A stretch of 64,000 nucleotides of DNA from Tubulanus polymorphus (Eukaryota > Animalia > Nemertea), in NCBI RefSeq assembly GCF_964204645.1, contig NC_134027.1, positions 13,920,485 through 13,984,484 on the forward strand. Reading direction: 5' to 3'. Shown piece by piece: positions 48,730-61,896 of the stretch (its first letter is position 1; the number at the start of each line of letters is the position of its first letter). A model generated the notes under the pieces. That model worked only from the letters and a program-made list of their open reading frames with translations, had not been told where the DNA came from and did not search any database. Position numbers and translations under genes: made by a program.

Positions 48730-49510
48730 CAAGAACTCTCTGCGACCGATGTTGCATCATATTATAGAAGATCTGATTCTTTCAACTCAAGCAAAGTGAT
48801 TCAAAACGATCGACATAACACTGGAATAGGTTTGCAGTGACTAACAGTTCATTTCATTTAGTCCTATGTACTTTTTAGCCAATTTGGATTTGATTGTAAT
48901 TGAAACTCTGGAACTGTTATCGAGAGACACGTGAGACAAGTGGAAAGTGTAACCGGCTGGTTGTTGTATCGGCAGGCTGGCTGGGGAACTAGCATTTACA
49001 CCAGCTGGGGAACTAGCATTTACACCAGCGGTACAGGATTGTATCCATCAGGAACAACAAGGCAGTTAAACCTTATATGATTTAACTACAGGTTTATATA
49101 CAACATAAGTTACAAAATTACAAGTGCTAAATTCTAAGCTAATTACAAAATAAGTATTTAATTACAAGCTATTCGAATACATTTAGGATAAAGGATGAGC
49201 CGTTTTGAAATAATTGTTGATTAAAAGAGGGTTGTTGCGCTTTAATAAACAGGGCCTCCCTAATTTTACAGTCAAGATCAGATGAACCTTTGTCTAGAAT
49301 TTTGAATTTGTTGTCACTGAATTCCTGATCACAAGTGTGACAAATTGCGAGATGTTGTCCAATCGCAGAACTCTTTGATCTGTGTTCTTTAATCCTGATG
49401 GCCAAATGTCGTTTAGTTTTCCCAATATAGGAAGTGTTTATATCACATAAACAATTAAATTTATATATGACTTCAGCGATTTAGGGGTAGCAAATTTCAA
49501 AGAGAGAATT
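48730..49510 (-). mobile_element. 5'-truncated Penelope-like retroelement: GIY-YIG endonuclease C-terminus and 3' region
   Basis: YKFNCLCD..SYIGKTKRHLAIRIKEH...SAIGQHL...FKILD...IREALFIK..QPSFNQQ (about 49169-49470). Confidence 0.85.
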
Positions 49511-49563
49511 TTTTCTCTTTATATATACACCCTGTATGATGGTTCCATTTAATTTTTAGGTTT

Positions 49564-52500
49564 TTAACGTAACTCTACTTCACTAACCAGACGTCTTTCT
49601 CTATCTGTGATTATGTTAATTACTGTGTCATTCTCCTTATCATTTCGATCTTTTTGATTTCCCTGGTTATTATCACCATTGTTCGTAATGCGATCAAAAA
49701 ACTTACTTTTGCACGGTTTCTTACGTTTTTTGCCTGATGCAGCATAATTTTCATGAAAGTGTCGAATGAGTTTATTTGGGATACATTTTCCTAATTCCCA
49801 AGAATTTTCACGATTTAAATTTGACATCCATTTTACGCAACATTTACATAAACCATTTTCTAGTTTGTATTGTAGAATTTTATGAATATCTGATTCATTG
49901 AAAGTTTCAGTAACAACCGGTCTATCTTTGTTATCGTCTGCCGAAATTCGCATGTCAGTTGGAGTGTCAGCATGATTGCTAGGTTATATTTAAGCGCCCA
50001 TGAATCTCGTCGAATAATTCAGGGTTTTCCTCAGCTGTTGAACCATCCCATGCGACCTCTTCATAATTTGGACGCGATGAGCGATCTTTGTATAGCTTCA
50101 GACGATTCCCATTGACATATACGATGGGAGTAAAACGTTATCAGAGATTCTTTGTAATTGATAAGCCCCTTTGCTAGCTATTGACTGAATGAAATAGATA
50201 CCTACGTATTTTTTACACAGTTGTGGTGATTTTCCTTTCTTAACTTTCATGACTTTTAGCCTAACGCAATCAGTAATCTGAAACTGAGGTTTTGATGCCT
50301 TTTTATCGAACTGACTTTTTTACTTATTTTGAGCTCTTAATATTCTCGTTAGCGATATCTCGTGATATGACTAGCTGCCTTAATATATGTGATAAGTATG
50401 CCTTATGATCAGTAGCTAACGAATGGCGTAGAATTAAAGCCTTGTCTATTGGTAGATGCATTTCTTGACCAAATAACATGTGGTAAGGGCTAAAACCTAA
50501 TCCTTCAGTTGAGGGAACATGCCAATAACTCAACATTACACTTGGCATTAGTGTATCCCAATTAGTCTGGTCGTGGTTACAGTACGACCTAAGTGACTGC
50601 CAAATGTACTGGTTAGTTCTCTCGCAAATGGAGTTTGATTGAGGATGGTACGGAGCGGTGAAATGTTGTTTCACGTGAAACAATTCACAGAGAGCTCCAA
50701 CTAACTTAGACATAAATGTTTTACCGCGATCAGAGACTAAAGAATGAGGCGCACCATACCGCGAAAATATCTCCTTAAAGAGAGCCTTTGCTACCTCTAT
50801 TGTTTCCTGAGTTTTGAGAGGAAAAGCCTCGGGCCATTTACTTCAGCTTTTTACCACGAGTAGGATATGCTCATTACCATCAGGAGTCTCCGGAAGATTG
50901 CAAAGGAAGTCAATGTGCCATCTGGAGAATAAGCCTTCAATTGGTAATGGTTGTAAGAATGTTTGATGACTGGGTGTTGGATGACTATGATAATTCCGTT
51001 TGACCTGTTGGCAATTCTCACAAGTAGAAACATATTTCCCGCAATCTTCATACATGGAATCCCAATGATATTTATTACGTAAAACAACATACAGTTGATC
51101 TCGACCCTGGTGGCGACCTCCCACTAATAAATCGTGGTAAGATTTCAATAATTCCGACGGTAATGACCTAGGAACTTCAAGAACTGGGATGACCTTCTCG
51201 GCTTTAGGAATACCAGTAACTCTAGGCGTATACAAATAATGTAGCGTGCCATCGATAATACCATATTGGTCGGCCCTCCAACTGAGCTTCTGAAACAGTT
51301 TTTCATCGTTGACAGCATATGATGGATCTAACTTATGTTCCAACATGTGACATACTTCTGGGCAATTCCTCTGTAAGTGACTAGCAGGTTTAATCAGTTC
51401 AATCCCCTTATAAGTATCAGGAGTCACCACAGGGCTAGTGTAATCAAACACGACTTCATAAGACTGACATCCATTTGTCATTGCTGTGAAAACAGTTTCT
51501 TGTGAAGGATCATCAGGTCTAGGAGGAGGAGGTTTATCATAATCTTGTCTGCTTAAACCGTCGCAATTACCATTTTTCTTACCCGGTCCGTGTTCAACAG
51601 AAAAATGATACGCTTGAAGAGCCAATTCCCAACGTCCTGTAAGTTTATTTAGTCAGTTTTTATGAATATACGTTAAACTTTTGCTGTCAGTATACACAGT
51701 GAATTCATTTCCAATAAGGTAGGGATGAAAATTCTGAATTCCTTCAATCAAAGCTAAACCTTCCTTATCACTAATATGCCATTTCTTTTCGTTTGCACAT
51801 AACGCGCGACCACCATATCCGATAACATGTTCTAAATTATTCTTTTTCTGAGACAAAACGTAACCAATAGCATGGTCTGAAGAGTCAACTGAAAGATAAA
51901 AATTAGAAGTGAAATCAGGGAATATCAAAATTGGATCACTAGTTAAACTCTGTTTAAGCGTATCAAAAGCTTTCTGACAATCAGGAGTCCATTTGAATTT
52001 CACATCCTTACAGTTCAAAGCATTCAAGGGAGAAAATATCGATGCATAATTTTTCAATGAACTTCCTTTAAAAATTTGTTAATCCTAGAAAACTTAGTAA
52101 TTGTTTGACATTGGACGGAACCGGAAAGCTGTTAACCTTTTTGATGTTCCTTTTACAAGTACGAAGACCCTCAGCCGATAATGTATAACCCAGATATTCA
52201 ATGTCTGGGACTGCAAATTCACACTTAGTCAGTTTTGCAGATGGACCGGCTTGTTTTAGCTTATCAAAAACATTCGATAAATGAACTAGGTGACTGTCAA
52301 AATCTTGAGAGAATATGATTAGATCATCAATGAAACACAATACATATTGCCAATTCAAATGACCTAAACATTTTGACATAAGCATCTGAAAAGCCATAGG
52401 ACCATTCTTAATTCCCATCGGCATTCTTTTGAAGCACATTTTGCCTCGCGTCGTTTGAAAAGCTGTTTTATGACGCAATTCTTCATGTAACGGTATTTGG

Positions 52501-53125
52501 TGAAATCCTGAATTAAGATCTAATTTACTAAATATCATGGGTTTAGCATCAGCTATAGTCTCAAATACATCATCAAAATGAGGTAGTGGAAATGATTGCG
52601 TAACGGTCTTCCAATTCAGTTTTCTAAAATCAAGAGTAAACCTATATGTATTGTCTGGTTTTCGGACCAAAACCACAGGATTATTGAAAACAGAATCAGT
52701 TGGTTCAATAAGATCGACATCTAACAGTTCATTAACCAAGTCGTTTTCTACCTATCTCAAGTGTAAGTAATTTTTTGTTTTCCTCCAAAAAATCCAGTCC
52801 TAGAATAACATCTGTGAGTATAAATAAAATAAAACTTGTGCATTAATATATGAGATTGAATGCAAATGGGTACCTCAATTCTACTAATCACTGAATGTGC
52901 TTCCCCATAAACTTCTCTAATAATGTTTATATCCGAATGACTATATATGGGATTTTTTATACATCTGAGCTAGCAATACATGAAATTGATGCACCTGTAT
53001 CAACTAATGCTCGTTGGGAGTGTTTGTTAATATTAATGTTTATAATATTCCGATTCAATCCTGAAACTAAGCTTATATTGACTGCGTTGATATCAGGTAC
53101 CTGTAATCGAGATGCTTCTTTATGA
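49564..53125 (-). mobile_element. Decayed Ty3/Gypsy LTR retrotransposon pol: protease, RT, RNase H, integrase and a chromo-like tail; LTRs not seen
   Basis: RALVDTGASISC (about 52980-53015), LDLNSGFHQ and FIDDL (52068-52739), VDSSDHAIG...KEGLA...YTDS (51653-52057), HHCC finger and WHIDF (50843-51625), YHPQSNSICERTN (50324-50713). Confidence 0.92.
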
Positions 53126-54000
53126 CAAACATCCTTACTACAATGTATGCGCTATGACAAGTTGTTGACATCAGGGCACACAAACTAACACCTAGTGACA
53201 TATTTGAGAGACATTAATTAATTATTGATGAGCACTGACTAGAGCTAATTACTATGAAAACATATTGAGTAATGTCACATGTTGATTACGATTAAAGCAC
53301 ATATTAATACTATGTTCATAAGTTATTTACATTATTAATATTAGTATTATTGTTAAGCATTTCCATGTAGTAAGAGATATGAAATATTATGAACCGTTCC
53401 TAATGAAATTGTCAATATATATATATGATTATGAAATATGTGACTTATATCAGGGTGACAGACATGATACGTCAACTGTTCGTCGCAGAATCAGCCAGAA
53501 TTCGGGTATCCTTCGCAAATCATTCAACATTACAGTTAACGTATCATCGCATCATCCGTACAAAACGACAACATGTGACTCTTTCGTGAATGACTGAGAA
53601 TCCGGCCGTTACTATCCAGCGTTTGCACATTTCTGCGTGGTGAATCTCAATCACCCTGACTGTAAAAATGGTGTGCTTTGGTTCGCGGTCAACATACACA
53701 ACACGATACCAACACGCTTGTAATAGCTCTCTTGTTCCTTGAGAGCTAAAATTGGTCTTCTAAGATATCTATTATACTTTCTTCCGCTCCTCTATGATAT
53801 TATATAACTGAGTAATTATTACATTTGATTGCTTAATTACAGGTGGAAAGAGGTCAGATGGCATGATAATCGACCGAGGCCCAACTAATTGGCGAGGGTA
53901 GACAAAGCGTTGATGTCAAAAGGTGCCGCCAAAATGCTTGTATCATCAGGGGTAGGAAATTATCTGAAGACAAATGAAAACTTCACCTTGTTGATCGTCT

Positions 54001-54110
54001 GGGCCCAGTTCCACAGATCCAAGTTAAGATTTGGCTCCGAGTTAACTCATTGAAAATGAATCAACTCTAACTCAGAATTAACTCTACCTCACAACTGTGG
54101 AACTGGGTTC
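54001..54110. mobile_element. Short Harbinger-type MITE
   Basis: Inverted ends cccagttccacag and ctgtggaactggg, flanked by ctg and cag. Confidence 0.55.
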
Positions 54111-55959
54111 AGTTTATTTTGCTGTAATTATTTCGTCTGGATAAATCGACATATCGTTCATTTCAAAATCTATGTTCAGTAGATTTCTTTCAATAAAATA
54201 AAAATCTATTTGACTAAATTTCATGTATTCAAGATTGAATCTGAATTGATCTTAAAACCAGATTAAGGATTCAGAAATTCAGAGAATCCTAGACTCATGT
54301 GATTAAGTTTTGTGAAATCAGTTAAGGTCTTTCTATCGAATCAAGCCGAGGACTCAGGTGGCTAAAATTCAATTCCTCAATGTCCCTCTAATGCGAGTAC
54401 GATGGAGTTTATACAGTGAACGGGAGCCCGATGGGGCTTGACGCGGCAGCTTCACAAACTATAAACGACCTGTCCTTCAATCAATTTCATATTTCAAATA
54501 TGCTAGAAGGGCATTATCTAGGAACGGATCGACGGATCCATGGATATTGAAAAGGGCAAGTTTAGTATAGACCATGCAGACAAAACAAGGGTTTAAAAAT
54601 GTGAATTTCAGTGCAATTTCATACAATTTCTAGGTACTGAGACGTCCTAATAGTTGCTGGTGGAAAAAGTGCCCTGAAAGATATTGCCGTTGTATTTTCC
54701 GAACGGCACAGGGAGTAATATTACGACAGGAGCACGTGTTTGGTGTGTTCCCATCTGAATCTGCCACCGAGGTCTTTTTCCATGACTTTTTTGCAGAAAT
54801 TTCGTTTGGAAAGATAGGAATTACCTTAAAGAGTGGTGGAAACACATATTCAGGGGGTCCGTGCATTATTATTTAAGAAAGTAAACTTTAATAGTTAAAC
54901 CAAGTAAACTTTATGAAAATCTGTCCAATGAAACGATCTCTGCATTATCCACCCCTTATACAAATTTTATAATCACACGCAACTGCTCGACTCATCATGA
55001 ATATAAAAGTGGTAGTGGGTTTTCCCCAATGACTCAAATAGACATGCTCCGTACTGGTAGAGCATAAACCGTTCATGGTGAATGACTTCGTTTACTTATA
55101 ACATACACTGTGTATGGAATTAAAATGGAAATTTGTTAGACAATTTATTGTTATACATTGAACAATTATCAAGATTCATTGCCTCTTTTTTCAACATATT
55201 TCAACATATTGTTTATTTAGCCAATCAGCGGGAATTAAAAAAATATCTAGCCCGGGCGCGCTTGGTGGCGGAGGCTTTCTCTAACACACTTCACAGAGGT
55301 TCAAACGCGCAGAAAATAGGCCTCTGAAATATTTCCTCAATCAATGATTTTTTTCACTTTCACATGTGGAACCTGGGCAATTTTAACTTCAATCATCAGG
55401 CCCGGGCCTACCCAACCAACGTTTGCCTCCGATGTGTCTGTTAGATGCGCGTTATTTGATCACAAGTGCACATTAACATTTACACGTTTGACATGTGCAT
55501 GTTACAGGATAAAAACCACTCGCAGTGAAAAGACTGCAATTTTTGCTAATTTTGAGAATTGCATAAACGCGGCTCATTAATCGAGCTTATCGACTTGGGG
55601 CAAAATTTTTGTCGGAAGATTTAAAGGACCACTAGTTAAAGATGATAATGCGTGTTTGAAAGTTAATTTCTCTCAGCTGTTTAAACAGCAGCTTAGCGAA
55701 ATTTTGCTGATAGCGTTTTACTTTCGTGCAAAGCCAGTGCAATAGACAGCCCCAGCCGCTAAAAACGTTGGGCTGCGTTAGTGTAATTTGGAAAAGTCAG
55801 CAATATAATGACCGCCCTGCCCCGCTGCGACTGAGACGTAAGCAAGTTAAACTGTATTGCTTTGATGCTTTGACAAACTGACTCCTAAGCAAGATGACCT
55901 TCCAAATCAAATGTAAATTAAGAAAGAAAACAACAAAATTAATTGTTTATTACAATACT

Positions 55960-56130
55960 TCAATTTCAAAATAAGGATAGGAAAACTATATTGATAATAT
56001 GCCTATATCTCGTGTTTCAGAAACAAAATTCTTAGGGTTCCAAATTGATGACCAGTTAAACTGGAAGTCACACATTAATCTTATTTCCATTAAACTGGCT
56101 AGATTCATTGGTATCATCAGCAAACATAGT
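55960..56130 (+). pseudogene. LINE RT C-terminal fragment
   Basis: ETKFLGFQIDDQLNWKSHINLISIKLARFIGII. Confidence 0.7.
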
Positions 56131-57180
56131 TAATTAGGGTTTTCTAACTTTTGTCGAAAACTCTCTTATAATTCTGTTGATTATTATTGTTATTTACATA
56201 TTTTCCACTTTTTTCATAACATAAAATTCATCTTCTCTCGCATTCGACAACTAACAGCTACTTAGCGGAATGTAGAATTCTGATAGAAATATCAAGCTCC
56301 GAATCTGCACGTGGATTCTATGTATATACCGTACATCATTTTTTAAACTTAAAATTGCTTACGGTCAGGCAACACCGGTGGAAATCCACTTTTGGCGATC
56401 GACAATCGGCATTCCCGCACAACCGAGAAAAAAACGTATCTGGAATAGCAATTGATTCACGAAAAACGTACTCGGACTAAATACGGAATGCCAGTTATTA
56501 AGAATGGTACGAACGCACGCGACTGTGACAAACGCTAGATACATGCATTTCAAATAGCTTTAGTTCGTTGTTTTGTTCGCGGAATATTACAAACATTCAA
56601 TAGGTTTTATCTATTTATTGTACGTATTTTTATATTGAATTGATTTGGTCCGCTCGATTAGGCCGTAGATGTTCCACATTTGTGGTCTTCAGCTTACTGA
56701 TTAGCGTCAGAAAATGTCAGCTTCGTGTTACCTTGTCGTCGCCTATATTAACAGGCCTTAAGTCAGTTGAAGATATCTACCCACTGCAGCGATAAAGACT
56801 GATGGTACCCTTCGTGATTTTGTTTTTATGATAGTTATTGGTCGTCAAATTCATTGAATGGACGTCAAATTCATTGAATTGATTTGAAATGAAGTTTCCA
56901 TTTCTTCGTGACTCGCTGGACCGACTTGTCACTCATTGGCCTTGTTCCCTCTTGCATAGTTAACGCTACTAATTCGGATTGGTCATTTCACAGAGATGCC
57001 ATTCTGAATCTGTCGATTCCCAACAGCGCCTTAACTGTTTTTGAATGCCTACCCCACCCTGAATTCTGTTCCCACACAAATTAGACTAATAAAATACACG
57101 TAGATTCAAATACTATAGCCAAATTATGCTGTCATTGTAAAATTTATTCACTAACTTGAGCACTGTACCCTAAATTAAAG

Positions 57181-57534
57181 CATGCTCGCTTGCAGGAGTT
57201 TAATCGCCTCCTGCCGAAGCTCACACCAACACAAACCCTGATGCAGACCTTATTGCTGTATAACTCCGGTCTAAGATTTCCTGGGTGGACAGGTTGCCAC
57301 TATAGCCTATATCTAGTGAATCGGATGTTTAGTATTAATAGAGCAAACCTGCCAGCGAAAAACAACGCATCTGATGTGATTGGCTTAATACATAGACTGG
57401 TGGATACTCGGCGGCAAACTGTCCATTAAAGAAATCTTGGGAAGTGTAATAATAGACTATAAAGGGTCTGCGGCCAGGCTTTGTTTAGCCATGAGCTTCA
57501 GCAGGAGGCAATAAAACCTTGGCAAGCGAGGATG
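57181..57534. mobile_element. MITE with TIRs of about 70 bp and CAT(C/G)CTC termini
   Basis: catgctcgcttgc...gcctcctgccgaagctca and tgagcttcagcaggaggc...gcaagcgaggatg; TSD not clear. Confidence 0.65.
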
Positions 57535-58389
57535 TTCCAAGACAATTCAAATTTAAATCAAAAATACCCTTATTGCTCCTTAATGACTTAAAACATTGTT
57601 GAACAATAAAAAATGAACTATAAATGATAAATATGAAAAATATTAGTAAACAGTACACATGACATTGAATCAAACATGAATTTATGTATTTACAGTGCAA
57701 AACAGCTCTAACTCAATTATCTAGGATATGATTTGAGCCAAGAATCAAGTATTTGGAAGTAATTGGACATGATAATTGAATTTCTGATACCCTATTTAGA
57801 ATTACAAAGTATTTCCTGTTCCTGTCATTTGCGCAGTACCACAAATCAAGCCTGTGTTCTTCGACGGATTCAATATGGTGTATCTATGGGCAACAATCCC
57901 CGCCAAAAAGATGTTTTGTTTCACGTAGCGAAAAAGGAAATTCCATGCCTCAAAGACATTTTCGTACCACAGCTCATGCGCCCAATGTCAGTAGAGGGCG
58001 CCACGTATGTTTAAATCATGTTGTCCTGGTGACCCAGAAATAATTCTTTCAGCGTTACCATTTTAGCTGTTTCGCCCGCAGTTTCGGCGTTTCAACTAGC
58101 AGTTTGTGCGATCTTCTTAAAATGACGGATATTTGGGAAACCCGGAAATAGTTTGCCTTTTAACTGCTGGGAGATCGTTGTTTTCTATTGGCCACAGCAG
58201 ATCTCACAGTACACGCATAGCGGAAGTTAACAAACACACGTGTCTGCTGTGGTGGATTGAAAACATTAGGTGGTGTCGATTTTCTATCCACCAGAGCAGG
58301 ATCGTTCAATGTTGTGATGGATAGAAATTATTTCAAAAGTATTTTTTGTGCGTATTAGCAGGCAAACTCATTTCTTTCCTTTTGAAGGA

Positions 58390-58520
58390 TTTTAAGCCGT
58401 CTGTTCGTTCGTCCATGGGTAGACGGAATTCAGTTATTATGGGAAGTTTTAAAGACGCTTGAATGTAATGTCTTGATATTTGGGTTACACAAGTAGGCCT
58501 ATCTACCCTACACACATCTA
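58390..58520 (+). mobile_element. HINE family 1 fragment in the opposite orientation
   Basis: Reverse complement of the segment at about 39790-39900. Confidence 0.7.
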
Positions 58521-59414
58521 ACTAAACAGTCTTTTTGGCTGGGATTGTCACCCATATGATTGTGCGACAAAACAATGTTCAGCCAATGTTCAGTACATCC
58601 TCAGGCAGGGATGCCAACCTTATGGCATCAAGACTCACCACGGTACGAAACCCTGCCACACAAGACCAAATGCGCAGCTTACATGATGGCATTATTAGCC
58701 ATGAAGTCATGAATCCATTTATAGTTTTTCCATGAAATCTACCTCAGCGATTATACAATGAGCAATCTGATTGGTACCGCTAGTTTTCGTGCTGCAAAGC
58801 TGCGCATGTAACTGTGCATCCAGTCTTTTTACGTGGTAGCCCTTATGGATCCACATATCCAGCGTATTGGTGACCCAGATCTCGCTTCTTGGAAATAGTC
58901 ATGTTATGGACTAATGTGGTCAGTAGCCCTTAACAAGACGCATGTATTAATGTGTGGTTTAACTATGTAACTGATATGATTACCCAGTAGCACCACCTAT
59001 AAAATGCTGGATAGCGTATTTTCATCTAAATCGACAACTAAGCGAACCCGGCACATGATTATTTCCTATTTTAACGACTAGGAGGCTTAAATTTTGAAAA
59101 CTCATTTCAGCATCCGTTTTTTGCATGTGATGCGGTTTGCTTATTATGAAAATCACAAAACTTGGTATACGTACATAGACATGTGTGTAATATACCAACC
59201 TACATGATTAGTTCATACAACTGCCACCAGGGGACTGTGAAAACAACGAAAAGTGAATTTTATATTGCTTTACCTGGGTCCCTATTGCATGCGTGAATGG
59301 TTAAGTAAACGTCCACTTTCACTTCTCAGGTCAATCAAAACAAACTATGGTTATTTCATGAAACAATAGCGACAGCAGGTATAAAATATATTCTCACAAG
59401 CTGAGCATTTGGAA

Positions 59415-59760
59415 TTCCCAAGCTCGCCATTTTGTGACTTTCCCATAATTACGTCAGTAGCACCAGAATTCCCAGAAATTCCTGTAGGCCTATGTACCAA
59501 AATACAGCCAATCACATTCGCTTGTAGAGACGACACCCCCAATAAAGGTCATTGCAATTTTGTATGCCAAAGCTATGAATTTTCCCGCAAAAAAACCAGT
59601 TTTTTTCATGTCATTGACGCAGGTTTTACATGTCATCAATTATATGTTGTTTATGTCGAATACCAATAACTAAATGGTCACGTAAAAAAAACACACCATA
59701 ATTTTACATAATGGGCTTATTGCCAACTCCATTATCACTAACAAAGGTAAACCAAAAAAA
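59415..59760 (-). mobile_element. HINE family 2, diverged terminal fragment
   Basis: Homologous to 30900-31257; ends acaaaggtaaaccaaaaaaa. Confidence 0.6.
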
Positions 59761-59799
59761 TTCATTGCCATGGCCCTTGGGTCATTGTTTACTCCTTAA

Positions 59800-60279
59800 C
59801 CCATTAGCACTCAGGAATTGCACTATGTAGTGTCAATTACTCCTCAGAAAATTCAAGGTAAAATCTAAGTTCACCACGATACCAAATAGCTCATTTGCTG
59901 TTTATTTCCATGCATTAAAAGTTAGCTTTATTTTGTAGTAAATAGTCAAGGCTTTTATATGATGTATATGATTCGATGAGGTGGGCCACCAAATCATGTC
60001 CTTTTGGGCCCCCGAAATTCATCCAAACTTACTTGGATTTGTAGTGAGCGTTCAGATGTGTCATGTTCAAACTCGAAATACTCGAGAAGTTGAAATAGGA
60101 GGATGTTGATTTCTTGTTGGTATTTCGAGGACTTAGGTGTGTAGTTTATCATAAGCTTTTGGGTTTGAATCTCACTATAACCGTTTTTGTGCAGCATACG
60201 AAAAAAATTGTGCCGGGGCAGATTCGGGTGGCTTGAGGAGTAATAGACAGGGCGAACGGGCGGCTTGAGTGCTAATGGG
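59800..60279. mobile_element. piggyBac MITE (480 bp)
   Basis: TTAA|CCCATTAGCACTCA...TGAGTGCTAATGGG|TTAA. Confidence 0.88.
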
Positions 60280-60918
60280 TTAATATAGAATGCCGTGGGG
60301 TAAGCCTAACGAGTGTTAAACCTGGGAATTATATAATTGACATAACCATCGAATTCGATATCGGTACTCAACAGTGCAGCGACACTCTGTATTCAGAAAT
60401 CACATAACAAGTATTGCCAAGGTTCTTATATTACACTCAACTCCAATCATACAGTGGTAGGTATCAGCTAGTTAGATTGCGTTGACACCTACAAACACGT
60501 TCTTGAACTAGCAGTTAGTTGTGATATAATATTTCATGTACATTTGTTTCATTAATAATTTTGTATGAATATGGTGGTATTTGTCAAGTCAATTGTGCAC
60601 ATAATCTGAAGCGAGCGAGTTGGTCAATTGCGAAAATCGTTCAGAATTTGTAAACACTAATCATGAAATCAATCGCAAAAATCTATGCACGTAAATGCGT
60701 TTCTGCGATCCATCACCAAAATCGGATGTCCGTAAAAATGCCTAAGGGGCTTTTGGTAAATAACTTTATTTTCAAAAATCGAGATTTATCATTCAGTAGA
60801 AATGTCATTTAGCTTACTCTATTTAGCGCAATAGCCCTTATAGGATGAGGGTAAGGGTTAAACGAACAGTAGCCTATATCGCTGATACACTCATAACAGA
60901 TTTTTACATGTGACTTAC

Positions 60919-61015
60919 CAATCTTGATGTATATACTTAATACTACCAGTGCATACACATGGATAAAACAATGGTTTTTCTTGGGTACCCTCAGACCGAC
61001 AAACTCTACAAATGT
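60919..61015 (-). CDS. MARCHF6: MARCHF6 exon, first half of the RING-CH domain: (D)[31 protein letters not shown](C)
   Basis: tttttcag|AC ATT...GAT TG|gtaagt, 97 nt, phase 1 to 2; C4HC3 RING-CH ligands. Confidence 0.96.
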
Positions 61016-61134
61016 CTGAAAAATAACAACCATTTTTCTAATTTACAGCATGGATTAATGAGTGACCAGAGGCCCACACGCCAAAATGCTTGAAACAGAC
61101 GATTCCAAGCATTTTGGCCAGTGGACACGTTACA

Positions 61135-61700
61135 ACTAGGTGTCCAGGTACAGAACGCTCAGTGAAAGTGATTTCAAATGTTCAACAATCAGAAAATTTC
61201 ACTATTCAACGCCCCCTGGTGAATATATGCTAAAACCAATAACCTTGAAACTCGCGACAATTGTAGAATATGTCAAGAGCTACAATCTTGCAATTGATTG
61301 TGGGTACAAAATCCTATGCTTAGGGACTAATACAATATGAAAATAATAAGTTATTCGGATTTTCAACATCCCCTAGTGACCATAAACCAATGACCTTGAC
61401 ACACACCACACTTGACATACAAATATGCAATTGATTGTGGTTACATAATACCCACATGGTGACTATATACTGAAATCAATGACCTTGAAGTTTACCACAA
61501 TCAGAAATACTAAGTTATTCTACTATTTAATACCCCACATCACAGTGGGCCTACACAAAACCCAATGACCTTGAAACTCACACAATCATAGAACATGCAA
61601 TGAGCTACAATTTTGCAAGTGATTGTAAGTATATAGGGACCGCCATAAATAGGCAAATTGTATATTATTCAATATTCAACTCCCCCTGGTGGCAAGGACA
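61135..61700 (-). mobile_element. HINE family 1, older diverged copy
   Basis: actaggtgtccagg end and degenerate monomers. Confidence 0.72.
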
Positions 61701-61896
61701 AAACAAGAAACGAAATCTTAATATGGACTTTCCTAAATTTATATGAGTGTATGTTTAATCAGCATCACAACTAAACATTGATTTAAGAAGAACAAATGAA
61801 AAAGAGTGATAACTATCAGATTGACTTCAAATGATGGGAGAAAATTCACTTTTTATGGACAATTACAACGAAAATAATGACGGAATATATCAAGAA

